From a virus, in IMG/VR virus record IMGVR_UViG_3300040801_002721: 64,000 nt of DNA. One strand, given 5' to 3'. Of the stretch, positions 38,253 through 47,167 are shown piece by piece. The stretch's first letter is position 1. The number at the start of each line of letters is the position of its first letter. The notes under the pieces were generated by a model. That model was not told the DNA's origin and made no database searches. It saw nothing but the letters and a program-made list of their open reading frames with translations. The position numbers were made by a program, and so were the translations under genes.

Positions 38253-39143
38253 ATGGCACTATCTCTCGAGCAGCTTAAATCTGCATTCAAGACGCCAGAG
38301 CGTTCTGGCAACACCCTACCAAACAACTACTACCCATTCTTCCTGATGAAGACCGGCGAACAGGCAACCGTACGTTTCCTACCCGACGCCAATCAGGACA
38401 ACCCACTGGGATTCCTCGTCGAGAAGCACACGCACGTGCTTGAGATCAACGGCGAGCGCAAGACGGTTCCCTGCCTCAAGATGTACGGCGAAGACTGCCC
38501 GATCTGTGCAGTATCAGCTGCCTACTACAAGGCTGAGGACAAGGAGAACGGCAAGAAGTACTGGCGCAAGAAGTCGCACATTGGCCAGGTTCTCGTTGTC
38601 GAAGATCCGCTGGATGCAGACAAAGACACAGGCGAGACGCACGAAGGCAAAGTCCGCTTCGTCAACCTCGGCTACCAGGTGTATAACGTCATTAAGGATG
38701 CGTTCGAGAGCGGCGAGCTCAACGACGTGCCGTTCGCCTACGAAGGTGGTTGCAACTTCATCATCAAGAAGACACAGCAGGGTGAGTACCCGAACTGGTC
38801 ACTGTCGAAGTTCGCACGTACCGAATCCGACCTTACGGCCGAGGAAATTGAGATCGCCGAAGAAGGCATAATCGATCTCTCAACTCTTCTACCGAAGAAC
38901 CCAGGTCGTGAGAAGCTCGAGGCAATGCTGGAAGCATCTCTGACGGGCGGCGAGTACAGCGCAAGCGACGACACCCCCACGCCACCACCTGCACCAGCAG
39001 CTCCAAAGAAGGAAGCCGCACCAGCACCGAAGGCTGAGAAGCCAGCACCGGCGCCTGTGGCTGAGAGCGAGGACGAAGGCAGCGAAGAAGCTGAGGACAT
39101 CCTAGCGCAGATCCGTGCACGTAAGAAGGCACGCTCTGAGTAA
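38253..39143 (+). CDS. gp32: Single-stranded DNA-binding protein gp32
   Basis: ATVRFLPD, CLKMYGEDCPICA, YWRKKS, GCNFIIKKTQQGEYPNWSLSKF, acidic C-terminal tail. Confidence 0.9.
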   Translation: MALSLEQLKSAFKTPERSGNTLPNNYYPFFLMKTGEQATVRFLPDANQDNPLGFLVEKHTHVLEINGERKTVPCLKMYGEDCPICAVSAAYYKAEDKENGKKYWRKKSHIGQVLVVEDPLDADKDTGETHEGKVRFVNLGYQVYNVIKDAFESGELNDVPFAYEGGCNFIIKKTQQGEYPNWSLSKFARTESDLTAEEIEIAEEGIIDLSTLLPKNPGREKLEAMLEASLTGGEYSASDDTPTPPPAPAAPKKEAAPAPKAEKPAPAPVAESEDEGSEEAEDILAQIRARKKARSE

Positions 39144-39191
39144 TACCCAACGGGCGGCTGAAACATGCCGCCCACCTTCATAGGAGCACAT

Positions 39192-40265
39192 ATGAAATTT
39201 CTCAACGATTTCAAGAAGGATCTCGATAAGATCGGCCTTCAGGAAGGGGCTGCTGAGCCACCAAAGTACTGGTACTCGACTGGTAGTCACGTTCTGAACC
39301 GAATTCTATCAGGCAACTTCATGCGTGGTGTGCCTCAGGGTCGAATACTTGGTCTTGTTGGTCCATCGGGTTCGGGTAAGAGTTTCGTTGCATGTAACAT
39401 CATGCGCGAAGCTCAGCGGGCAGGCGCCATGATCGTAGTTCTTGATAGTGAGAACGCACTGGACGATGACTTCGTTCGGAAGATCGGTGTTGACACTGAG
39501 GATAACTACACTTATGTCTCTGTGGATACGATTCCACAGGTTCAGAAAGTAGTGTCATCGTTTATCACTGGATACAAGAAAGAATACGATGGTGACGCGG
39601 ATGATCCGCAAGTGCTGTTCGTTATTGACAGCCTCGACATGCTTATCACCGAAACGGAAGAAGAGAACTTCCGCAAAGGTGTCACGAAGGGCGATCAAGG
39701 TCAACGCAACAAGCAGTTGAAGGCGATGCTTCGTCAGTTCGTCCAGGCGATCAAGGGATACAACATCGCAATGGTTATCACTGATCAGGTTTACCGAAAC
39801 CAAGACGTGATGAATGGCGAAGGTGTTTGGATGGTCAAGGATGCTGTCAAATATTCTCTCTCACAAATCGTGATGCTCACTAAACTCAAACTCCGCGACA
39901 CAGGATCGCGTGAGGTTGAAGGTATCAGGATGAAGTGTGAAGGATACAAGACTCGCTTCACAAAGCCATTCCAGACAGTTACCTTGGAAGTACCTTACGA
40001 GACAGGTATCGATCCATACAATGGCGTGCTGGATGTTGCTGTCACGCTTGATGTTGTAAGCAAATCAGGATCGTGGTATACGTTCAAGGACAACAAGTTC
40101 CAAGCGAAGAACTTCGCTGAGTACGCTCAAGATGTTCTCGTTGCTTGCGAAGCTAAGAGCGATGCGTTCCTGCAAGCATTGATCACTCCCGACGAGGAAG
40201 TGGTTGAGTCCCAACCGACAGGTAAGGCCCGGCGACAGGAAAAGTTCGCAGAGGACGCGGACTAA
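39192..40265 (+). CDS. uvsX: RecA-like recombinase UvsX (start revised to ATG 39192)
   Basis: STGSHVLNRILSG, GPSGSGKS, LDSENALD, VIDSLDML, KTRFTKPF. Confidence 0.93.
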   Translation: MKFLNDFKKDLDKIGLQEGAAEPPKYWYSTGSHVLNRILSGNFMRGVPQGRILGLVGPSGSGKSFVACNIMREAQRAGAMIVVLDSENALDDDFVRKIGVDTEDNYTYVSVDTIPQVQKVVSSFITGYKKEYDGDADDPQVLFVIDSLDMLITETEEENFRKGVTKGDQGQRNKQLKAMLRQFVQAIKGYNIAMVITDQVYRNQDVMNGEGVWMVKDAVKYSLSQIVMLTKLKLRDTGSREVEGIRMKCEGYKTRFTKPFQTVTLEVPYETGIDPYNGVLDVAVTLDVVSKSGSWYTFKDNKFQAKNFAEYAQDVLVACEAKSDAFLQALITPDEEVVESQPTGKARRQEKFAEDAD

Positions 40266-40292
40266 CCCCACCTGACGGCCTAGCGGTTCTTG

Positions 40293-40321
40293 TTGACCCT
40301 AGGTCGTCATTCCTGTACAAT
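40293..40321 (+). promoter_or_regulatory. Sigma70-like early promoter
   Basis: TTGACC-N17-TACAAT. Confidence 0.8.
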
Positions 40322-40346
40322 GCATCTATTTGGCAGGAGATAATTC

Positions 40347-41063
40347 ATGCGACGCGAACAAATCCTACAAGGTCTGATCGCCCGCCACGTTGCGGGTAGC
40401 CGCGCATACGGTACTAATGGCCCGAACTCGGACATGGATTTCCGTGGGGTCTTCATTGCTCCGAAGGAACAAGTGATCACTCCGTTCTTCGGCAATCACA
40501 AGACGTACGAAGACCCCACAGAAGAGGACACGGTGTACTACGAACTGCGTCACTTCATGGACCTCGCATCGAAGATGAACCCGAATGTCATCGAAACGTT
40601 GTGGGTTCGAGACGAGGATGTTATCGACAGTACACTTGAGTATGGACAATTACGCCGACATCGAGCTGCGTTCATGTCGCGGCGTATTGCTGACACTACG
40701 GTTGGGTTTGCACATTCAGAGCTCGCCAAGTTCAAAAAGAAGCTCGAAGCAGGCACCGCTAAGTGGAAGCATGCAATGCATGTCGTTCGTTTGATGCGGA
40801 TGGGCGTCGAGGCTCTTCGGACTGGTGAACTAGTTGTATATCGACCAGATGCGTCTGAACTTCTCGAAGTAAAGGAGGGCAAGTGGTCGATCGAAACTCT
40901 CAAAGAGTATGCAGCAGACATGACAGCGGACATCGACAGGCTACGCCGTTCATCGCCGTTGCCCGAGAAACCCGATACGCATATACTAGCCGATTTGATG
41001 ATCGAGCTGTATGAAAGTCATTGGGAAACTACAGGTCACTGGGAATTTGGAGGACGACCATGA
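40347..41063 (+). CDS. Pol-beta-superfamily nucleotidyltransferase (T4 NrdC.11/YcgL-like)
   Basis: HVAGSRAYGTNGPNSDMDFRGVF (GS..DxD), NPNVIETLW, KHAMHVVRL. Confidence 0.85.
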   Translation: MRREQILQGLIARHVAGSRAYGTNGPNSDMDFRGVFIAPKEQVITPFFGNHKTYEDPTEEDTVYYELRHFMDLASKMNPNVIETLWVRDEDVIDSTLEYGQLRRHRAAFMSRRIADTTVGFAHSELAKFKKKLEAGTAKWKHAMHVVRLMRMGVEALRTGELVVYRPDASELLEVKEGKWSIETLKEYAADMTADIDRLRRSSPLPEKPDTHILADLMIELYESHWETTGHWEFGGRP

Positions 41064-41551
41064 GCACAGCAACCAAACTACAACAACTATTCGATATTCG
41101 AGCTAAACAGTTCGATAAAATGACAGACCAAATTCAAGCGTTGCTGCGAGTGGCGCTTGAAGGAAGTCTTGATTTCATACGAGAGGCATACAGCGAGCAA
41201 CGGGCCGATCACGTCCGGTGGGTCGGCTTCGCTCTTGTTGGAAGGGACCGCGATCACGTTCTCATCTACGCCAAGCTCGATTATAAAGAGGGTGAAACAT
41301 ATGCTGAACCTGATGGCACATATATTGCTTCTCTATCCGAAACTGAAGCAATGCATCTCTCTCAACCGTTCCAGATCATTATGCCCGTAGAGATCGCTAT
41401 GACGGCAAGCGCCCAAGAGATTGTTGAGTTCTTCCGTAAGAGACAGGAAGATACACAGGAACTGATTGAGTCGTGGCAAGGAGCCCTTGATGACGAGTTC
41501 ATCGTCGCTGGTCCTACCCCCGACGATGACGATGAGCCAATTATCCATTGA
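41060..41551 (+). CDS. Hypothetical protein (start revised to ATG 41060)
   Basis: SD GGAGG; coupled to its neighbours. Confidence 0.7.
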   Translation: MSTATKLQQLFDIRAKQFDKMTDQIQALLRVALEGSLDFIREAYSEQRADHVRWVGFALVGRDRDHVLIYAKLDYKEGETYAEPDGTYIASLSETEAMHLSQPFQIIMPVEIAMTASAQEIVEFFRKRQEDTQELIESWQGALDDEFIVAGPTPDDDDEPIIH

Positions 41552-42012
41552 GTGCACTTGATCGAATCGTAGACAATCTTGGTAAGTTGCCAGAAGTACT
41601 CGAAGAGTATGAGCAGGCGCTTGACACCAAGACCGTTGAAGACAACTTGAGAATCAAAGGTAAAGTTCTCGAGACGGCGAATTCTGAACAGCCAGGCTGG
41701 TTGCTATATTACGACAGCCGCCGAGCTGAACTCTATGCTTTGATGAAGTGGCTTGAGAGCAGACTTGCAGCCGTCCGCGGCAAGTACTTCAAACAATACA
41801 CCGAACACTATTCACGCGAGCTGTCCGACAGACAGAAAGACAAGTACATAGACAACGAACAACAAGTTCAAGTGCAACTGGAATTGTATCTGCAAGTAAA
41901 GGAACTGCACGACAGATTCCAAGCCGTGGTAGATGCATTTCAGGCAAGAGGGTTTGCGCTTAAGAACATCACGGAATTAAGAATAAGAAGTCTTGAAGAC
42001 TCAGTGATTTAA
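41548..42012 (+). CDS. uvsY: Recombination mediator UvsY
   Basis: Coiled-coil protein with YSRELSDRQKDKYIDNE and ARGFALKNITELR, between uvsX and uvsW. Confidence 0.8.
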   Translation: MSALDRIVDNLGKLPEVLEEYEQALDTKTVEDNLRIKGKVLETANSEQPGWLLYYDSRRAELYALMKWLESRLAAVRGKYFKQYTEHYSRELSDRQKDKYIDNEQQVQVQLELYLQVKELHDRFQAVVDAFQARGFALKNITELRIRSLEDSVI

Positions 42013-44564
42013 TGGCGAATGTAAAGGTAAAGATACTAGACGAAGTCAATTGTGTAATCATCGGCCTTAAGCCAGACCACGCTCTATACTTCTGGGAAGA
42101 GTTCGGTCGCCATGCGCCTGGGTATTTCTTCAATCCAAAGTTCAAGATTGGGCAGTGGGATGGTAAGATTCGGTACTTCAGTAAGACCGGTAAAACATAC
42201 GTCTATCTTCTCGACGAGATTATCCCCATGCTCGTCGGTCTCAAGTATAAAGTGCACGTCGAAGACCTCCGCGTACACGACGTCCCCGAAGTCCCTCTGA
42301 TTGATAAGAATTACTTCAAGCACATCTGGCATCCCGAGTGGAACGAGTACATTGAACTCCGAGATCATCAGGTAGATGCTGTCAACACTGTCACTCAAGA
42401 CCCAGGAATCATCATCGCTGGTACCGGTGCTGGTAAGGCACAACCTCTGTATAGCAAGATCCTGACTACGACGGGCTGGAAGCAGATGGGAGACATGTGT
42501 GTTGGCGATGAGTTGGTAGATCCAACAGGTGGCACCACAGGGGTTATCGGTGTGTTTCCGCAACCACAGCGCAAACCCGTATATGAACTGACTTTCCACG
42601 ATGGTGCGAAAACGAGAGCATGCAGTGAGCATTTGTGGGACGCGTACGTTCCGAAGCAACAATACCAGGCCTGGACGGAACGCAAAGTAATCACTACACA
42701 GGATATAGTCGATTTTTACGCTAGGAAAAATGCTGGCGAACTGCATACACCCGGTAACGTGTCCGTTCCGTTAACGGAGCCAGTTGAGATGGTGGAACAG
42801 TCCCTCCCTCTTGACCCCTACACGCTTGGCTTACTGATCGGCGATGGCCACCTGAAAGGCACGCCTGTGTTTACCACAGCCGATCAGGAGTTGTTGATTG
42901 CTCTACAAGAGGGAATATCCACGCTGTCTAACATCAAGGTTCAATATACAGGATATGGATACGATTATCGGTTGTCTAAGCTCAACGAGGTGCACAATCG
43001 TTATGTCTCTAACGAGCTTGTCGACATTCTTAAAACCCTTAATTTGTACGGCACTACCAGCTATACGAAATTCATTCCATCGCTGTATAAAGACGGAAGT
43101 GTTGCTCAACGGCTAGCTTTGATTCAAGGACTGATGGATACAGACGGCACAGTCGACGCTAGGGGGAATACTTCGTTTAGTACAGCAAGTTTGCAGCTAG
43201 CTAATGACGTGCAGCGGATATGCTGGTCCTTGGGTATGACGTGTACGCGTGCCCCAAAAACGTCCAACGTGCACACCATATCATATACCTTACAAATACA
43301 ATGCAAAATGCCCCAGCAACTCTTCCGACTCGAACGGAAACGAGCACGATGCAGAAAAGTACATGGAGACGGCCGCGTTGCCCTGACGCGTCGGGTAACG
43401 AATGTAGAGTTCGTGGGGTACGAAGATACGCAATGTATTGCAGTTGACAGTGATAGCCACTTGTACATCACCGACGACTACGTTGTGACACATAACACGC
43501 TAACGTGTGCAGCACTCTGTGATCTGTACGGCAAGGCTGGACTCTCGACCGTAACAATCGTACCTTCCAAAGACCTAATCGAACAGACGTACAAAGAATA
43601 TGTCATCTGCGAGCTTGACACCGGCAGATACTCCGGCGACAACAAGGACATTAACCACCGACACATTGTGTCCACGTGGCAGTCGCTGAAGAACAACCCG
43701 CTGCTGATGGAACAGTTCGACATGGTAATCGTCGACGAGGTCCACGGCGCGAAAGGCAAGATGTTGCAGAGTCTTCTCGTCGATCATGGTGCTACGATTC
43801 GCCTACGCTTCGGCCTAACTGGCACTCTCCCGAAAGAAGAGACTGATGCAATGGCGGTTCGGATCGGTGTTGGTGATGTGAAGTACACGATCTCTGCGCG
43901 ACAGTTGATGGACCAGGGTCATCTCGCACAGCTTGATATTCAGATCCTTCAACTCGAAGAAGATTTCGACAAGGAATACGCAGAATACAGGCAAGACAAC
44001 CCATTTGATAAACGCACGTTGACTCAATTCAAAGATGGGTACTTCCCTGACTACCAAGCCGAAAAACGGTACCTGCAGTCTAACAACGAACGAATTGAAT
44101 GGATTGCTGACTACATCTCGTTGAAAAGAGATGAGAAAAAAGGTAATGTATTCTGTCTTGTTGATGGTATTCGTTTTGGTAAGAAACTAGCCGAAGCTAT
44201 CCCTGGTGCTGTCTTCGTGCATGGCAAGGACAAGCAGAAAGCTCGACAAGAAATATACCAGATGTTCAAAGACAACGATAACTTGGTTGTCATTGCAACT
44301 GTGCACATTGCGTCAACGGGACTGAGCATTAACCGTATCTTCAACATGATGTTCATTGACGTTGGTAAGTCGTTTATCCGAGTGATTCAAACTATCGGTA
44401 GAGGACTAAGAAAGGCCAAAGATAAGGATAGCGTACTTGTAACGGACATCTGTTCGGACCTCAAGTACGGAAAGCGTCATCTTACAGAGCGAACGAAGTT
44501 CTACAAAGAAGCGCAGTATCCATACAAAAAGAAAAAGGTGAAATACAGCGATGTTGATATATGA
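42012..44564 (+). CDS. uvsW: SF2 helicase UvsW, intein-containing
   Basis: WDGKIRYF, ELRDHQVDAV, GTGAGK/T, IVSTWQSL, VIVDEVH, FGLTGT, IQTIGRGLRK. Confidence 0.95.
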   Translation: MANVKVKILDEVNCVIIGLKPDHALYFWEEFGRHAPGYFFNPKFKIGQWDGKIRYFSKTGKTYVYLLDEIIPMLVGLKYKVHVEDLRVHDVPEVPLIDKNYFKHIWHPEWNEYIELRDHQVDAVNTVTQDPGIIIAGTGAGKAQPLYSKILTTTGWKQMGDMCVGDELVDPTGGTTGVIGVFPQPQRKPVYELTFHDGAKTRACSEHLWDAYVPKQQYQAWTERKVITTQDIVDFYARKNAGELHTPGNVSVPLTEPVEMVEQSLPLDPYTLGLLIGDGHLKGTPVFTTADQELLIALQEGISTLSNIKVQYTGYGYDYRLSKLNEVHNRYVSNELVDILKTLNLYGTTSYTKFIPSLYKDGSVAQRLALIQGLMDTDGTVDARGNTSFSTASLQLANDVQRICWSLGMTCTRAPKTSNVHTISYTLQIQCKMPQQLFRLERKRARCRKVHGDGRVALTRRVTNVEFVGYEDTQCIAVDSDSHLYITDDYVVTHNTLTCAALCDLYGKAGLSTVTIVPSKDLIEQTYKEYVICELDTGRYSGDNKDINHRHIVSTWQSLKNNPLLMEQFDMVIVDEVHGAKGKMLQSLLVDHGATIRLRFGLTGTLPKEETDAMAVRIGVGDVKYTISARQLMDQGHLAQLDIQILQLEEDFDKEYAEYRQDNPFDKRTLTQFKDGYFPDYQAEKRYLQSNNERIEWIADYISLKRDEKKGNVFCLVDGIRFGKKLAEAIPGAVFVHGKDKQKARQEIYQMFKDNDNLVVIATVHIASTGLSINRIFNMMFIDVGKSFIRVIQTIGRGLRKAKDKDSVLVTDICSDLKYGKRHLTERTKFYKEAQYPYKKKKVKYSDVDI
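42438..43496 (+). mobile_element. Class 3 intein (353 aa) with LAGLIDADG endonuclease in UvsW
   Basis: Ala1 (AQPLYSKILTTTGW); block B ACSEHLW; PYTLGLLIGDG and LIQGLMDTDG; block F TQCIAV; ends VTHN before Thr+1. Confidence 0.93.
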
Positions 44565-45045
44565 TGACGAACAACGTGCTATCCTACTAGATAGCATCTA
44601 CAATCCAACACCAACTGAGTATATGTGGGTCCTCGATCTCAACATGATGGATTTTACACTCGCTCCTCTGACAAACCTAGAAGAAATCATTGGTTCGTCG
44701 ATCGAGCTAATGATTAACGGATTTCGATTTCACGTTCCGGGCGCATGGAACATTCTAACGGTGTCTGAAGAAACATCACAGTTAGACGTGATTGCGATCA
44801 AAGATGTCCTCGGTAAGGAGTTCACTGCTCTGGCGATAGGAATGACCGCAACAGGCGCTCTGAAATACCATCCCTTCCCTGTCGTTGCGACCGACTTCAA
44901 AATGGATCACATGAACGTCGCACCACAATTAGGCAAGCACCAAATGCTCTGTCATCCGATCGGACCAACAAGTTGGGTCAATATAGCCCCCTCTGACACG
45001 TACAATAAATATTTCAAAGATGCCGTGGTCGGCGACATTATCTAA
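44551..45045 (+). CDS. Hypothetical protein coupled to uvsW
   Basis: 164 aa overlapping the uvsW stop. Confidence 0.75.
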   Translation: MLIYDDEQRAILLDSIYNPTPTEYMWVLDLNMMDFTLAPLTNLEEIIGSSIELMINGFRFHVPGAWNILTVSEETSQLDVIAIKDVLGKEFTALAIGMTATGALKYHPFPVVATDFKMDHMNVAPQLGKHQMLCHPIGPTSWVNIAPSDTYNKYFKDAVVGDII

Positions 45046-45055
45046 GGAGCGGACG

Positions 45056-45505
45056 ATGGAATACACATACACTTACACATCGGGGAACGGCACAGGCGAT
45101 CTTTACTGGGTCACCGCTAGCGGTAGATACAAATACTTTGACGGCAGCGGATGGGTTGATCTAGGCTGGTATCAAACAGGTAACACCTCGACCTTCGCAC
45201 CCCCGGCCATCGCCGCATCCAAGGAAGTAAACTGCACATGCATCGAAGATCACGATCTTATCACGGCGAGCGAATTCCAGAAGTTTGTTACGAAGCTCGT
45301 ACGTGATAAGAAAGGGGCACTACCTGACGTTGCTGACTGGAAGAAACTCAAGCAACAGATGGATCGGATCTATGATCCTGAAAAGTGCAAGTGTGGCACT
45401 TCCAGGTTACCCGAGGGTGTTGAGGAAGTAGATACAGACACATTAACGGTGCAGAAAATTCTTGACCTCGCAGATAAGATGAGAGAGAATGGTCTGCTAT
45501 ACTGA
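45056..45505 (+). CDS. Hypothetical protein (start revised to ATG 45056)
   Basis: SD AAGGAG. Confidence 0.7.
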   Translation: MEYTYTYTSGNGTGDLYWVTASGRYKYFDGSGWVDLGWYQTGNTSTFAPPAIAASKEVNCTCIEDHDLITASEFQKFVTKLVRDKKGALPDVADWKKLKQQMDRIYDPEKCKCGTSRLPEGVEEVDTDTLTVQKILDLADKMRENGLLY

Positions 45506-45513
45506 GGTTCAGA

Positions 45514-45927
45514 ATGTCAAAAGGTAAACCAACAATAGCAAAACTCAAGGCGCTGCTTGAAGCAATCGACCTGATGTCTGAAGATGACGATTGGACGCCG
45601 ACGGCGCGGCAATGGAAGCGAATCCGTGACATCATTGATGCACTAGACGAAGAGCCAGAACCTGCGCCTATCGTTTCACATGGACCAGCGCCTCGTCCGA
45701 CTACGCACGCAGCACCAGCCGGTGGACACAACCCCTGGAGAACAGGAGAAGCGGCTGCTCTTGTACCAGATGTACCTTCGAAAATTCCTGCTGATGCTCC
45801 ACGAACACCCAATGCCGCACCTGGACAGTCCTCTCTAGCAAGCGTTGCAGGTGGCGGTCGTTCTGGTGTACCATCCGGCAATGGACAACCACCAGGTGAT
45901 AACCCTCCAGCAGGCCCTGAACTGTAA
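45514..45927 (+). CDS. Hypothetical protein with a Pro/Ala-rich tail
   Basis: SD GAGG; helical N-terminus WTPTARQWKRIRDII. Confidence 0.7.
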   Translation: MSKGKPTIAKLKALLEAIDLMSEDDDWTPTARQWKRIRDIIDALDEEPEPAPIVSHGPAPRPTTHAAPAGGHNPWRTGEAAALVPDVPSKIPADAPRTPNAAPGQSSLASVAGGGRSGVPSGNGQPPGDNPPAGPEL

Positions 45928-46468
45928 CTACCTTACCGCTCTCAATGACCGTGTGCTGTTCTTCGACGGCGACACGGTCATCTCCCCCTCCAAGGTCACC
46001 GACTTCCTTGCGTATACCGCGAATGGTCAAATATGTGTAACAGATATAGTGCCGGAGATCGAGGTATACAACCAAGTAGCTGACTGCCCCATCGTCGAGA
46101 AAACAGAATTCAATCAATTCGACCTGAGCTGGAAACTTCCTCAAGAATGGGTAGATTTGGACGTCAATCAATACGTTTTCGACTGTTTTGAACGTCAAGT
46201 TACGATCGAGCCTCACACATTCTCAGATAGAGAGACGCTCGACAAATACATCAATAGGGTAGAAGAAGAGTTGGATACCTATCGGGACCTAAATCTGTAC
46301 CCGTTGCTCCGAGCAGTCATATATACCATACATATGCTTCGTAGCAATCAGATTGTGTGGGGTGTCGGTAGAGGAAGTAGTGTATCCAGCTATGTGTTGT
46401 ATTTAGTGGGGGTGCACGACGTCGACAGTGTTTTCTTTGAACTGGATTACACCGACTTCCTGCGATAA
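45845..46468 (+). CDS. DNA polymerase III alpha (DnaE)-like fragment A (pre-catalytic palm region); start uncertain
   Basis: RVEEEL..Y...LRAVIY....LRSNQIVWGVGRGSSVSSYVLYLVGVHDVDSVFFELDYTDFLR parallels DnaE ..VGPGRGSxAGSLVAYxLxITxxDPxxxxLLFERFL. Confidence 0.85.
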   Translation: MQVAVVLVYHPAMDNHQVITLQQALNCNYLTALNDRVLFFDGDTVISPSKVTDFLAYTANGQICVTDIVPEIEVYNQVADCPIVEKTEFNQFDLSWKLPQEWVDLDVNQYVFDCFERQVTIEPHTFSDRETLDKYINRVEEELDTYRDLNLYPLLRAVIYTIHMLRSNQIVWGVGRGSSVSSYVLYLVGVHDVDSVFFELDYTDFLR

Positions 46469-46481
46469 TAGGGAGATTTTT

Positions 46482-46844
46482 ATGGGAAAGAAAGTCAGAA
46501 GTATGCGCGGTGAGCTCATCGATTGGGATCTCGCAACTGTGAAGAACCAAATGAAAGATAAGCCTGCACCGGTCAATGTGAAGAACCGCCAAGACTTCAT
46601 CGACGCCAAGCTGCGCCGCCGCGTCAAGAAGGTTAAAGACCAACTCGGGCAACTCGAATCATCTAAAGTAGATCGTAAAATTGCCGCTCCACCTGTTGAA
46701 GAGCGAGCTAAGATTGACGAAGCTCCTGTAGAAGCAAATACAACAGAGCAAGTTGAAACACCTGAGGTGGAAAACACAACATCAAAGCGTTCAGTCCGCC
46801 GCAAGTCTTCAACCAGTAAAGCATCTACAGACGATAAGGAATAA
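46482..46844 (+). CDS. Hypothetical basic protein (start revised to ATG 46482)
   Basis: SD GGGAG; MGKKVRSMRGELIDWDL. Confidence 0.7.
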   Translation: MGKKVRSMRGELIDWDLATVKNQMKDKPAPVNVKNRQDFIDAKLRRRVKKVKDQLGQLESSKVDRKIAAPPVEERAKIDEAPVEANTTEQVETPEVENTTSKRSVRRKSSTSKASTDDKE

Positions 46845-46846
46845 CC

Positions 46847-47167
46847 ATGGAACCAACAGTATTCGACGAAATTGAAGTTCTTGAAGGATTCATTCTTTTC
46901 AAGTTCGAAGAAGAGATCGACCCCAGTCGCCACAATGCGTTCACAGAAAAAACACAGAGTGGTATCATCATGCCATCGAATCCACTTACGGCTGGTGACT
47001 ACGCGCGATGGGGTACAGTTGTTGCTGTTGGACCAAACGTGGATGAAGAAATCACTGTAGGTACTCGCGTTCTAATCGAACCGCTGAAGTGGACGAAAGT
47101 CAGTACCTATAAGGGGGAAGAGTTTGCTAGGACGGAGATGGGATTCATTCTGGCAGTAGGAGAATAA
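46847..47167 (+). CDS. GroES-like co-chaperonin
   Basis: KTQSGIIMP mobile loop, WGTVVAVGP, ITVGTRVLI. Confidence 0.85.
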   Translation: MEPTVFDEIEVLEGFILFKFEEEIDPSRHNAFTEKTQSGIIMPSNPLTAGDYARWGTVVAVGPNVDEEITVGTRVLIEPLKWTKVSTYKGEEFARTEMGFILAVGE

